Assembly (NCBI GenBank): GCA_018304025.1
Contig: JAGVXA010000012.1
Coordinates: 1-62,434 of the forward strand
Reading direction: 5' to 3'
Length of the DNA: 62,434 bases
Origin: Candidatus Pacearchaeota archaeon
Lineage (GTDB): Archaea; Nanobdellota; Nanobdellia; Pacearchaeales; GW2011-AR1
Position numbers and translations under genes: made by a program. This document shows, piece after piece, positions 1 to 8,162 of the stretch (the stretch's first letter is position 1; each line of letters begins with the position of its first letter). Below the pieces are notes generated by a model. The model ran no database searches. It worked only from the letters and a program-made list of their open reading frames with translations, and had not been told where the DNA came from.

Positions 1-76
1 AAATCAGAAAGTTCATCATGCAATTTAAGGACGCCGTCCTCCGCCGAAGGCGGATTTTTTGCGAAGCAAAAAACCT

Positions 77-547
77 TTAGGGGACGGAGGATGTCACATT
101 TTTATAGAAAAGAGTTATTTCGCTCCGCCTTTCTGAAATTGCAATCGCGAGAGTTTTGGTTTGTTTTGCTGTTCTTTCTGCTGCCTTGTGCCTTGTGCCT
201 GTTTCAGCTGATTTTATCTGGCTGCTTGGAGTCAGCAAAACGTTTGCGGCGTTTATTCTTTTCATGTCTTTTGACAAGATTAACGCGCCGTCCATTTTTG
301 ACAGTTCGATTAATTTTTGCGGAGTGAATTTGCAATTTATTCTGAATCCTCCGTCGATTATCGGGAGAAGAGACTCGTTTTCTATTACTATCAGCGCGCC
401 CTTTCCGGTTTTTAACGCGCCGTCGATTGCTGTTCTGAAGCTGGTTCCTGGAGCGACTAATTTTAGAATTGACAGGAATTCTTCCTGGGAAACTTTTTCA
501 TTAGCTGTTTTTACTAATAAATCCTGCACATCTCTTTTTTGTTCCAT
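77..547 (-). CDS. DisA-type diadenylate cyclase (DAC) domain protein without the DisA linker/HhH half
   Basis: ORF 77..610 trimmed to the first ATG at 547 (156 aa). Collinear with the N-terminal DAC domain of DisA: LVAPGT, DGGF, KMDGALIL, SAETGTRHKAAERTAKQT, AIAISERRSEITLF. The stop follows directly. Confidence 0.75.
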   Translation of the reverse strand: MEQKRDVQDLLVKTANEKVSQEEFLSILKLVAPGTSFRTAIDGALKTGKGALIVIENESLLPIIDGGFRINCKFTPQKLIELSKMDGALILSKDMKRINAANVLLTPSSQIKSAETGTRHKAAERTAKQTKTLAIAISERRSEITLFYKNVTSSVP

Positions 548-667
548 GGTTATTGGAAAAATGTTTATTATATAAAGATTTATCTTTTGATGGTTAAATC
601 CGTTCGCCAAGATGTCGAACGAGAGATTTATCTTAAGTTTTATATAGACGTTTTGTTTGGTTACGTG

Positions 668-2122
668 ATGAAAAAAGGAGTGTTTATTATTCTGCTAATT
701 GGGTTCTTTCTGATTTTTTCTTATTCTGGGGATTTTATTCCTGTACGGGCGGCTGAAGAGGGACAGTATTTCTGCGACGAAAATAATACATTTTATTTTC
801 CAGGCGGACAATTTCCTTGCACAGAAGGCTGCGACAAAATAAAAGATTGTTGCGGGGCATTAGATGAAGACTGTTGCACGGCTGAAAATTCCGACGACGC
901 AGAATGCAAAGAAGGATTAAGTTGTAGCAAAGAGAAGAAATGTGCTGGAAATTTTACGGAAAATGTTGACGATGGCGGAGAAGATGAGATAATTAATGAA
1001 GAGGGATGTTTTGGTTTGAATGAATTAGAATGTAAACAGAAAGAATTAGAGGGAATTTGCGAGGTTGTGACAAAAAAAGAAATTATTTCGAAGAAAGGCT
1101 GTGAGAAATCCAGAGAGATAGAAGTTTTTGATTCCTGCAATGTTATAAATAATTCGATTCCAGTAATTAAAGTTTTTTTTGTTCAGTTTGGCAGCGAAGT
1201 TAAAAGTCCAGAAGAAATAACTGAGCTTATGGTGTACATAAAAAATGCTTTTGCAATATCCACAGAAAATATTGTAAACCTGGGCTTAACCTATGGCGGC
1301 TTCGTACCATTTCCCTTAGAAAGTTCTACTCGCGATTATTCTTCTGCGAAAGATCTCGGAGAGAATCCAGAGATTTTGCAGGAAGATTTGCCAAGAATTT
1401 GGTATTATTATTACGACCCTTCCAGCGGGGATTCTATTTACAGAGGCAGAAATTATTTCAGAGAAGATATACTTAATGCTTTAAATGCTTCAAATCTGAA
1501 CAAGACAAAATATGATTTAGTTATAGTGTACACTGACGCACAGTTTGAGGGGATGGGGGCTTTTTATTACAGATCGTACGGGATACCATTAATTAGGTTA
1601 AATTCTATTGAGCTGGGAGGATGGAGGATTGCAAATGTTGGTTCTCATTATCAAAATAAACAAAGGACGAATACTTTTATTGCTGAAGAAACAGTGCACG
1701 AAACAGGACATTATATGAGCTTGCAGCATTCTTGTCTGAAATGTAATCAAGACATACTTTCAGAGAGTTGCTGTGATCAGTGCTTGTATAGAGATGATGT
1801 TATGAGCTATTGCAGAACTAGGCCGGTTGATAACAGTAAAAAAGTCAATTCATTTTGTGATTGTAATCTTAATTATATTAAAACAATTTTTATTCCTGGT
1901 TTTATGACCGGCAGATGGCCGGAGATTTATAATACTTCTTCTTCATGCGAGTTATATACCAAAGCGAGTGCATCACAACAAAAAGAGATTCAAGAGAAGC
2001 GCTGTCTCTTCGGGGAGATTTGTTCTTCCTGCGGCGGTGTTGGTGAAGAATGCTGTGAAGGAGAAGTTTGTAATGGCGAGAATAGATGCGATTTGCCTAC
2101 GGGCAGATGCTTAGAATTTTAA
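668..2122 (+). CDS. secreted Cys-rich zinc metalloprotease-like protein (HExxH plus Met-turn, metzincin-like)
   Basis: Track ORF starts on TTG at 539. The ATG at 668 gives an MKKGVFIILLIGFFLIF leader. HETGHYMSLQH is followed by DDVMSY. Cys-rich modules at both ends. Confidence 0.6.
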   Translation: MKKGVFIILLIGFFLIFSYSGDFIPVRAAEEGQYFCDENNTFYFPGGQFPCTEGCDKIKDCCGALDEDCCTAENSDDAECKEGLSCSKEKKCAGNFTENVDDGGEDEIINEEGCFGLNELECKQKELEGICEVVTKKEIISKKGCEKSREIEVFDSCNVINNSIPVIKVFFVQFGSEVKSPEEITELMVYIKNAFAISTENIVNLGLTYGGFVPFPLESSTRDYSSAKDLGENPEILQEDLPRIWYYYYDPSSGDSIYRGRNYFREDILNALNASNLNKTKYDLVIVYTDAQFEGMGAFYYRSYGIPLIRLNSIELGGWRIANVGSHYQNKQRTNTFIAEETVHETGHYMSLQHSCLKCNQDILSESCCDQCLYRDDVMSYCRTRPVDNSKKVNSFCDCNLNYIKTIFIPGFMTGRWPEIYNTSSSCELYTKASASQQKEIQEKRCLFGEICSSCGGVGEECCEGEVCNGENRCDLPTGRCLEF

Positions 2123-3867
2123 GATTTATTATGCTCGCGTTCGTGCTTCGGATGCTCGTGTCCGATGGCTTTTCTTTCCCTGATTCTTTTTAGATGCTCG
2201 ATTTTTTCCTTGTTGAATTTTTCCTGGCTCAAGCCGAGTGTTTTAATCAATTGCGCTGTGTGATACCCGCCGAGAAAATGGGGCATGATTATATAATTTG
2301 CTCCTTCTCCGTAAAGTTTTACTGCGTCGTCTAATTGGTGAGAAACGCCGATAAAGACAGCTTCTTTGTTTAATCTTCTTAATTGTTTCAGCAATAAAAG
2401 ATTTGTTTCAAGCTCTGGAATTGTAGAGATAATCATTTTTACTTTTGAGAAATTTAATTCGTCGAGCAGTTCCAAGTCGCCGGCGTCGCCATACTGGCAG
2501 TCAACTCCTTTTTTTTCGAGATACTCGATTGTATTCGGATTGTAGTCGACTATTAGAGTTTTTTTGTTTATTTGCTTCAATGCTTTCAGCAAGTCATAAC
2601 CAATTCTATTGTACCCGAATAAAATTATTTCGTATTGTTCTTTTCCGGAATGAAATGTTTCGTCTATTTGTTTTCCTTTTCTTTCAAATATTGTTAAAGG
2701 TTTGGAGAAAATAGAATAAAGTTTATTTGAATAGTTTATTGCGTAAGTTGAGCCTGCGATTGTTATTAATCCCGCAACTGTTATCAACGACAAAATTTCA
2801 TTTGATAACGGCTCTAAATGTCCGAGTTTAATTCCTAAGAGCAGGATGACGAAAGAGAATTCGCTGATTTGCGCGAGGGACAAGCCGACAAGAAAACCTG
2901 TTCTTTTTGTGTAATTCATTATGCCCATAAAAATCATCATGATTAGCGGTTTGCCGACGAGAACCAGCAGAGAAATTATTGCGATTTGGGGGATGTATTT
3001 GGCGAGATTTACGAAAGTCATTTGAGAGCCGAGGATTACAAAAAATAAGAGAAGGAAGAAATCTCTTAATGGACGCATTCTGGAACTAATCTCGTATCTG
3101 TACGGCGACAGCGAGAGAGTTATTCCGGCCAAGAGCGCTCCGATTTCAATTGAGGAACTGAAATAGTAAAATGTGCTTGCAATGGCAAGACACCAGCCCA
3201 GCGAGAATAAGAGCAGGAGCTCCTGAGATTTGGCTGCGAATTTTGTCAAGTGCGGAAGAACAAAAATTCCGACGACAAACGTTCCGATAATTAACGCAGC
3301 GCCTTTTAGAAGATATTCCAATGTGTTCGTGCTGAGAGACAATGCTTGAACTGAAAGAGAAGAGATTATCAAGACTACCAAGATTGCAATCAAGTCCTGG
3401 ACTATGAGAAAACCGACTGCGAGCTTTCCGTGGAGAGATTCTAGTTCTCCTTTGTCAGAAAATAATTTCATTACAATAACTGTGCTGCTGAACGCCACGG
3501 CAATTGCAACGTACGCAGATATAACTGACGAGAAATTGAAAAGGAGTTTTGATATTGCGAATCCTGCGGCGAAGGTTAGAATTATCTGTCCGAGCCCGCC
3601 GATTAGCGCGACTTTGCCGATGTTCTTTATTACCTTTGGATTTAGGTTCAAGCCGACCATAAACAAAAGAAGAGCTATGCCGAGAGTTGAGAGAGTGGAA
3701 ATGTTTGATTCTGCGCCGATTAAGTTCAGAAAATAAGGGCTGACTAAAATTCCTGTCAGAATATATCCGATAATTATCGGCTGTTTTAGAAATTTTAGGA
3801 TTAGCGAGATGATTAAAGCTATTGCTACAACAGCGCTCAATTCCAGAAAGAAATTTTCTATTACCAT
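2119..3867 (-). CDS. Kef-type cation:proton antiporter (CPA2) with C-terminal RCK/TrkA-N domain
   Basis: 582 aa. Polytopic N-terminal two-thirds typical of the Na/H-exchanger family, then a Rossmann-like YEIILFGYNRIGYDLLKAL segment. Confidence 0.8.
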   Translation of the reverse strand: MVIENFFLELSAVVAIALIISLILKFLKQPIIIGYILTGILVSPYFLNLIGAESNISTLSTLGIALLLFMVGLNLNPKVIKNIGKVALIGGLGQIILTFAAGFAISKLLFNFSSVISAYVAIAVAFSSTVIVMKLFSDKGELESLHGKLAVGFLIVQDLIAILVVLIISSLSVQALSLSTNTLEYLLKGAALIIGTFVVGIFVLPHLTKFAAKSQELLLLFSLGWCLAIASTFYYFSSSIEIGALLAGITLSLSPYRYEISSRMRPLRDFFLLLFFVILGSQMTFVNLAKYIPQIAIISLLVLVGKPLIMMIFMGIMNYTKRTGFLVGLSLAQISEFSFVILLLGIKLGHLEPLSNEILSLITVAGLITIAGSTYAINYSNKLYSIFSKPLTIFERKGKQIDETFHSGKEQYEIILFGYNRIGYDLLKALKQINKKTLIVDYNPNTIEYLEKKGVDCQYGDAGDLELLDELNFSKVKMIISTIPELETNLLLLKQLRRLNKEAVFIGVSHQLDDAVKLYGEGANYIIMPHFLGGYHTAQLIKTLGLSQEKFNKEKIEHLKRIRERKAIGHEHPKHEREHNKS

Positions 3868-4014
3868 ACTCTTTTGTTTTTTAGGGAGAAGTGATATTTA
3901 AAGTTTGAGGGAGCAAAATAATTTGGGATGCGGGCTTTTGGACTCATAATATCCTGATGGATAGGTTTAAATTAATTAATTGTTTGATTTGGGAATGTTA
4001 AAAAAGAGGCTACG

Positions 4015-4464
4015 ATGTTAAAGCGGACGCATTTGGCTGTGGCGTTTGCGAATGGATTTTATTTTTTGCCGTATGTAAATAATAAGCTGGTTTTTTTTCC
4101 GGTTGTTCTTTTGTCGACGCTGCTTCCGGATATTGACAATGCGTTTTCTTCGGTCGGACGCCACAAAGTTTTCAGGCCGCTGCAGTGGGTTTTTACTCAT
4201 AGAGGAATAATTCATAGCTACACTTTTGCGATGGTTTTGTCCCTGGTTCTTGCGTGTTTTTATCCTATTCTGGCATTTCCTTTTTTTCTAGGGTATTCTT
4301 TTCATTTATTTTTAGATTCATTTACTGTTCAGGGAATAGCGCCTTTTTGGCCGTTGAAAAAAAGAGCAGAGGGAAGAATTAATACTGGCGGGAGAGTTGA
4401 GAATGCGATTTTTTTCGTGATGCTGATTGTTGATGTTGCTCTGCTGGTTAAGATATTTTTCTAG
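4015..4464 (+). CDS. membrane-bound metal-dependent hydrolase-like protein (YdjM/DUF457-like)
   Basis: 149 aa, 4 hydrophobic helices. N-terminal THLAVAF, LLPDIDN and HRGIIHS motifs are typical of this family. Confidence 0.55.
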   Translation: MLKRTHLAVAFANGFYFLPYVNNKLVFFPVVLLSTLLPDIDNAFSSVGRHKVFRPLQWVFTHRGIIHSYTFAMVLSLVLACFYPILAFPFFLGYSFHLFLDSFTVQGIAPFWPLKKRAEGRINTGGRVENAIFFVMLIVDVALLVKIFF

Positions 4465-4586
4465 TCTTTGTTGAAAATAAATTGGATTTCGGCGCGAATT
4501 GTCGTAACAGTGCGTAATTTGTTAGAAATTCACTTCGTGAATTTCGCGCGCCGAAATTAATTGTTTTTGATTTTTTCAACAAAGCC
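4465..4586. mobile_element. MITE, short copy (TIR CTTTGTTGAAAA / TTTTCAACAAAG) carrying one CGGCGCG palindromic unit
   Basis: 12-13 bp terminal inverted repeats at 4466-4477 and 4573-4584. Flanked by the direct repeat atttttctag (4455-4464 and 4587-4596). Near-identical to the outer parts of 32265..32586. Confidence 0.7.
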
Positions 4587-4630
4587 ATTTTTCTAGAAAA
4601 ATTTATAAGTCTCTTTTGATTTAATTTGAA

Positions 4631-5062
4631 ATGGGAAAGATTTTTAAGATTTTACTTTTAGTTTTTCTGGTTATTCTTTTGGCTGCTGGTGTTGCGGGAA
4701 TTTATTTTTATAATTATTATGTTTTTAAGACGATGAGAGTCTGCGTTTCTAACGAATCGAAAGATATTCAGTTAAATTGTACTTCTGATTTGGATTGCAG
4801 AACAAAGATTTTGGAAAATAATACGAAATTTGAGGAAATGATTGCAAATGCTCCTGTTTTTATGCAGGATAAAATGAGGGAAATTTTTGACAAATCGATT
4901 TTCTGTGAAGAAACTTGCAGGATAAAATCTGTTTATGGCGACGGTTTTGGAAAATCTATCGACGGCTGCAATACCGGAGATGAGGAAATTTTGATTGAGA
5001 TTCATGGCAAAGAAGGTGTTGAAGCTTTGAAATTTGCTAAAGAGAATTCCGGCAAAAGTTAG
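4631..5062 (+). CDS. hypothetical N-terminally membrane-anchored protein
   Basis: 143 aa. ATG start, one N-terminal TM helix, several Cys. No recognisable family. Confidence 0.5.
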   Translation: MGKIFKILLLVFLVILLAAGVAGIYFYNYYVFKTMRVCVSNESKDIQLNCTSDLDCRTKILENNTKFEEMIANAPVFMQDKMREIFDKSIFCEETCRIKSVYGDGFGKSIDGCNTGDEEILIEIHGKEGVEALKFAKENSGKS

Positions 5063-5079
5063 CATTTATTTGTTTGAAA

Positions 5080-5589
5080 TTAATTATTTTTAAATTTCGA
5101 GATAATAAAATCCGGCAATGCTCCGAGCTTAAGATATTTTAATTTTGTTTTTTTATCAAGATGATAAAATTCCCTGACTATTTTCCTGCAATTTTTTGAA
5201 CCGCATTTGCAGACCATTGAAAATTCCTCGTCGTTAGGAATGTTCCAATTTTCTTCCCAAGAGGTTGTTGAGTAATCGAATGTTATCTCTTCTCCTTTTT
5301 TTATGTCTTTGATTGCGAACAGTTCGTTTTTGCCTTTTATTCCGGCGTTTGGATTGCAGGAATGGTTAAAATAAAGGTAAGGTTCTTCTATGTCTATGTA
5401 CTTTCTTTTTCCTATTTGCAGAGGATCGTTAATTCTTTCTTTGCCCGACAGGACTTCCTTTCTCATCTGAGGTATGTTTTTTTCTTCTCCTTTCAAGAAG
5501 CAGATTGTTTCTCCTTTTTTTATTTTTTCTGACGCAAAGATTCCTCTATTATCGATGCCTGATTTTTTCACCGTAATTTTTTCTTTCAT
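5080..5589 (-). CDS. SET-domain protein lysine methyltransferase
   Basis: GIFASEKIKKGE, FNHSCNPNA, EEITFDY and a post-SET CKCGSKNC. The track start at 5604 is TTG and abuts the tRNA, so the first ATG (5589) is used. Confidence 0.8.
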   Translation of the reverse strand: MKEKITVKKSGIDNRGIFASEKIKKGETICFLKGEEKNIPQMRKEVLSGKERINDPLQIGKRKYIDIEEPYLYFNHSCNPNAGIKGKNELFAIKDIKKGEEITFDYSTTSWEENWNIPNDEEFSMVCKCGSKNCRKIVREFYHLDKKTKLKYLKLGALPDFIISKFKNN

Positions 5590-5604
5590 TTTTTTGATTT
5601 GCAA

Positions 5605-5677
5605 TAGCCCTACCAGGATTCGAACCTGGGTTACGGGAGCCAGAGTCCCGTGTCCTTGACCGCTAGACTATAGGGCT
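5605..5677 (-). tRNA. tRNA-Gln(CTG)
   Basis: Reverse complement folds as AGCCCTA-TA-GTCT..GGAC-A-CGGGA-CTCTGGC-TCCCG-TAAC-CCAGG-TTCGAAT-CCTGG-TAGGGCT-A. 73 nt, no intron. Confidence 0.9.
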
Positions 5678-5730
5678 TTTCTCAGACACTATAGTCTTTT
5701 GAGGCGTTAGCCGATTGAGACTATAGGGCT
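5678..5730 (-). repeat. tRNA-Gln leader: exact copy of tRNA nt 1-13, loop, and antisense of nt 5-13
   Basis: Minus strand reads AGCCCTATAGTCT-caatcggctaacgcctcaaa-AGACTATAG-tgtctgagaa and then the tRNA itself. Confidence 0.6.
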
Positions 5731-5834
5731 TTTCGTTGGCGCTAGAGATAATTGTTTAAAATGATTTTCTCTTTTAAATGTTGCTAAATAACTTTTTTAG
5801 ATAGTATTTTAAATTCTTCTTCATTTACGACTGA

Positions 5835-6464
5835 ATGGGATTGCTGTTAAAAACTTTTAAAAAATTGAGGGAGTTGCCGGAAGAGGAATTAAAGAAAATA
5901 CCTAAAATTCACCTGCATCTGAAGTATCCTAAATTTTTGATGCTTGTTTTGATATCTTTACTTTCTTATTTTATTTTCAAAGATCCTTTGGTTGCAGCTG
6001 AAATATCTAAACTTCAGTCTTTTAGTTATTTTGGGGTTTTTATTTCTGGAATGTTTTTTGCGTTTGGTTTTTCGGCGCCTCTCGCTATTGGATTTTTAAT
6101 TGTGTCCAATCCACAAAATCTTCTTTTGGCTGCGTTTGCCGGGGGCGCTGGCGCGCTTATATCAGACATGCTGATTTTTAAGTTCATAAAAGTTTCATTT
6201 ATGGATGAATTTGAAAAACTCGAGAAAACTAAAATAGTCAGGGAAAGTGTTTTTATGATTAAAACTCATTTTAGAAAAAGAGTAGTTCATTACATTCTTT
6301 ACGCATTTGCAGGAATTCTTATAGCTACTCCATTGCCTGATCAGATTGGGATTATTCTGCTTGCAGGACTTACAAGCGTTAAGCCGAAATTTTTGGCTGT
6401 GATGAGTTTTGTGATTCATACTTCAGCGATTTATTTGATTCTTTTAGCGAGCAGTTCTTTGTAA
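5835..6464 (+). CDS. hypothetical polytopic membrane protein
   Basis: 209 aa. ATG start, about 5 hydrophobic helices. Confidence 0.55.
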   Translation: MGLLLKTFKKLRELPEEELKKIPKIHLHLKYPKFLMLVLISLLSYFIFKDPLVAAEISKLQSFSYFGVFISGMFFAFGFSAPLAIGFLIVSNPQNLLLAAFAGGAGALISDMLIFKFIKVSFMDEFEKLEKTKIVRESVFMIKTHFRKRVVHYILYAFAGILIATPLPDQIGIILLAGLTSVKPKFLAVMSFVIHTSAIYLILLASSSL

Positions 6465-6482
6465 TCGTTAAAAAATATTTTT

Positions 6483-6634
6483 ACGCGATGCAATTGGACT
6501 CGCCTGTTTTTATTGGCAAGTCTTATCTGTAAAATTCACTCTGTTTCGGCACGCAATTGGATTTTGCTTCGCAAAATCTTTTCTGTAAAATTCGCTCCGC
6601 GAATTTGGCGTGCCGATGCGAATTTGCATCGCGT
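6483..6634. mobile_element. nested palindromic repeat units (outer arms CGCGATGC/GCATCGCG, inner unit 6547..6615 with arms CGGCACGC/GCGTGCCG)
   Basis: The inner 69-nt unit is identical to 22075..22143. The outer unit shares the AATTGGAC..GGCAAGTC..GTAAAATTC architecture with 36204.., 52768.. and 56035.. Confidence 0.65.
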
Positions 6635-6674
6635 AAATAGTTAAATTTATAATCTTTAAATTGTTTAATTTGGC

Positions 6675-6923
6675 ATGGCAGGAAAACAAATCGGAATAAT
6701 TTCCAATTATTTTGAACATGTAAAAGCTGCTGCTATAAAACTGACTGCGCCTTTGAAAGTCGGCGACACGATTCGGATTACCGGTGGAGAAAACGAATTT
6801 GAGCAGACAGTTGAAAGCATGCAGATAAACCGCGAGGAAGTAGAGAGCGGAAAGAAAGGAGATGAGATTGGAATTATTGTTGACGAGAGAGTAAGGAAAG
6901 GATATAAGGTTTTCAAGATATAA
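6675..6923 (+). CDS. small EF-Tu domain-2-like beta-barrel protein (translation elongation factor-like)
   Basis: 82 aa. VGDTIRI..G and GDEIGI..V motifs are typical of the translation-factor domain II fold. Confidence 0.6.
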   Translation: MAGKQIGIISNYFEHVKAAAIKLTAPLKVGDTIRITGGENEFEQTVESMQINREEVESGKKGDEIGIIVDERVRKGYKVFKI

Positions 6924-6989
6924 CTTCCTATTTTGCAAAGGATTTTAAAGTGATTTCTATAAAGTTATTTAGAGACTTGCGGATAGATT

Positions 6990-7110
6990 GCTCCCATAGT
7001 CTAAGGTAGATTTAAGAAATCTCCTATGATATTGTAGGCAATCAGAAGCTCCTATAGTCTAAATTGGATTAGTAAATCCTCAAAAGACTATAGGCGCGAG
7101 AAGGAAAGAA
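6990..7110 (+). repeat. two tandem leader units copying the 5' end of tRNA-Glu plus its antisense
   Basis: Unit at 7048: GCTCCTATAGTCTA-aattggattagtaaatcctcaaa-AGACTATAGG. A degenerate unit lies at 6990 (GCTCCCATAGTCTA ... CCTATGA). Confidence 0.6.
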
Positions 7111-7277
7111 GCTCCTATAGTCTAGTGGTCAAGGACGTCGCCCTCTCGACTGCCGAGATTTAAGTCGTTGAGATGATAATCTCTGCTCATCTTTGAGCAG
7201 GCACTTTGTTTAGCGCCTTGAGAATTTCTCAGGCACGGAGAACGGCGGAAACCCGAGTTCGAACCTCGGTAGGAGCA
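7111..7277 (+). tRNA. tRNA-Glu(CTC) with ~94-nt anticodon-loop intron (~7149..7242)
   Basis: GCTCCTA-TA-GTCT..GGAC-G-TCGCC-CTCTCG[intron]-GGCGG-AAAC-CCGAG-TTCGAAC-CTCGG-TAGGAGC-A. Confidence 0.85.
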
Positions 7278-7328
7278 TTTTCTTTTTTAGAAGCAAAGAT
7301 TTTTATAGAATATAATATTGTATAATTA

Positions 7329-7634
7329 ATGGCAATTGGATTTATCATCGCGTTGGTAGTTATGGCGGCAGTTGTGCTTTATCTTTTCCAGGCGCGGAGA
7401 TGGCACGGACCGTTCATTAATTTTTTAATTGTAGTCTTGATAATTGCGCTTATTTTTTCCTTGGTTTTTGTTTACCTGCAGACTCCTGTTGATTTTTCTT
7501 CGCCGCAGGGATTTATGAAATTTACTCAGGCTTATTTCAGCTGGTGGGGTTCGCTTGTGAAAAATACCGGCGGAATAGTTGGGTACGCGGTTAATCAAAA
7601 TTGGGGCGTGAACAACACAGCTCCGACGGAGTAA
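7329..7634 (+). CDS. hypothetical membrane protein
   Basis: 101 aa, two TM helices, ATG start. Confidence 0.5.
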   Translation: MAIGFIIALVVMAAVVLYLFQARRWHGPFINFLIVVLIIALIFSLVFVYLQTPVDFSSPQGFMKFTQAYFSWWGSLVKNTGGIVGYAVNQNWGVNNTAPTE

Positions 7635-7635
7635 A

Positions 7636-7872
7636 ATGAAACTCTGGATGATTTTAGTCAAGTTTTTGTTTATTGGGGGATTGTTCTTAGTCAGCAATCA
7701 CAATCTTTATTTGAATGACGACGCTGATTTGGATAAATTTTTTGAGTTGTATACTAGTTGGCTGAGCCAGTTGTACAGCCAGACAGGTGAAATTGTCGGA
7801 TATGTAACGAATTCTGAATGGCTGCCAGGGCATGAGAGTATTGGGGCTGTTGAAAGTCTTGGCGTGGGGTAA
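7636..7872 (+). CDS. hypothetical membrane protein
   Basis: 78 aa. Starts 1 nt after the upstream stop. One TM helix. C-terminal GEIVGYVTN echoes GGIVGYAVN of the upstream protein. Confidence 0.45.
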   Translation: MKLWMILVKFLFIGGLFLVSNHNLYLNDDADLDKFFELYTSWLSQLYSQTGEIVGYVTNSEWLPGHESIGAVESLGVG

Positions 7873-7908
7873 GTTTTTATATGCTTGGGATGATTTGTTG
7901 TGATAGTC

Positions 7909-8005
7909 GCCTCTATAGCTCAGCGGTAGAGTACTACCTTGGTAGAAAGATTGAAAATTTATTCCAAAAAGGTAGGGGTCCCGAGTTCAAGTCTCGGTAG
8001 AGGCT
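7909..8005 (+). tRNA. tRNA-Thr(GGT) with 25-nt intron (7945..7969)
   Basis: GCCTCTA-TA-GCTC..GAGT-A-CTACC-TTGGTA[intron]A-GGTAG-GGGTC-CCGAG-TTCAAGT-CTCGG-TAGAGGC-T. Confidence 0.85.
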
Positions 8006-8162
8006 TTTACTTCGTAAAAGCCAATCGAACGCCGCAGTAGCGTCATTCGAGAGGGCTTACTCGCTACATTTATATTTTGATGTGCAGGGGGAAGATTTAT
8101 AAACGATTGTGCGTTAAAGATAACTGTTAAAGATTACCTTTAAAACTGAGCATTAATGCACT

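Noticed and set aside
6510-6938. 142-aa ORF on the minus strand containing the same peptide (GTPNSRSEFYRKDFAKQNPIACRN) as the YgiQ protein
   Set aside because: The shared peptide is just the translated palindromic unit. The rest of the ORF is antisense to the well-supported EF-like gene 6675..6923 and runs through nested repeats.
7149-7242. tRNA-Glu intron as a C/D-box guide RNA (as in some archaeal tRNA-Trp introns)
   Set aside because: No RUGAUGA/CUGA box pair. gagatgata is only a partial match, and no D box follows a guide-length spacer.
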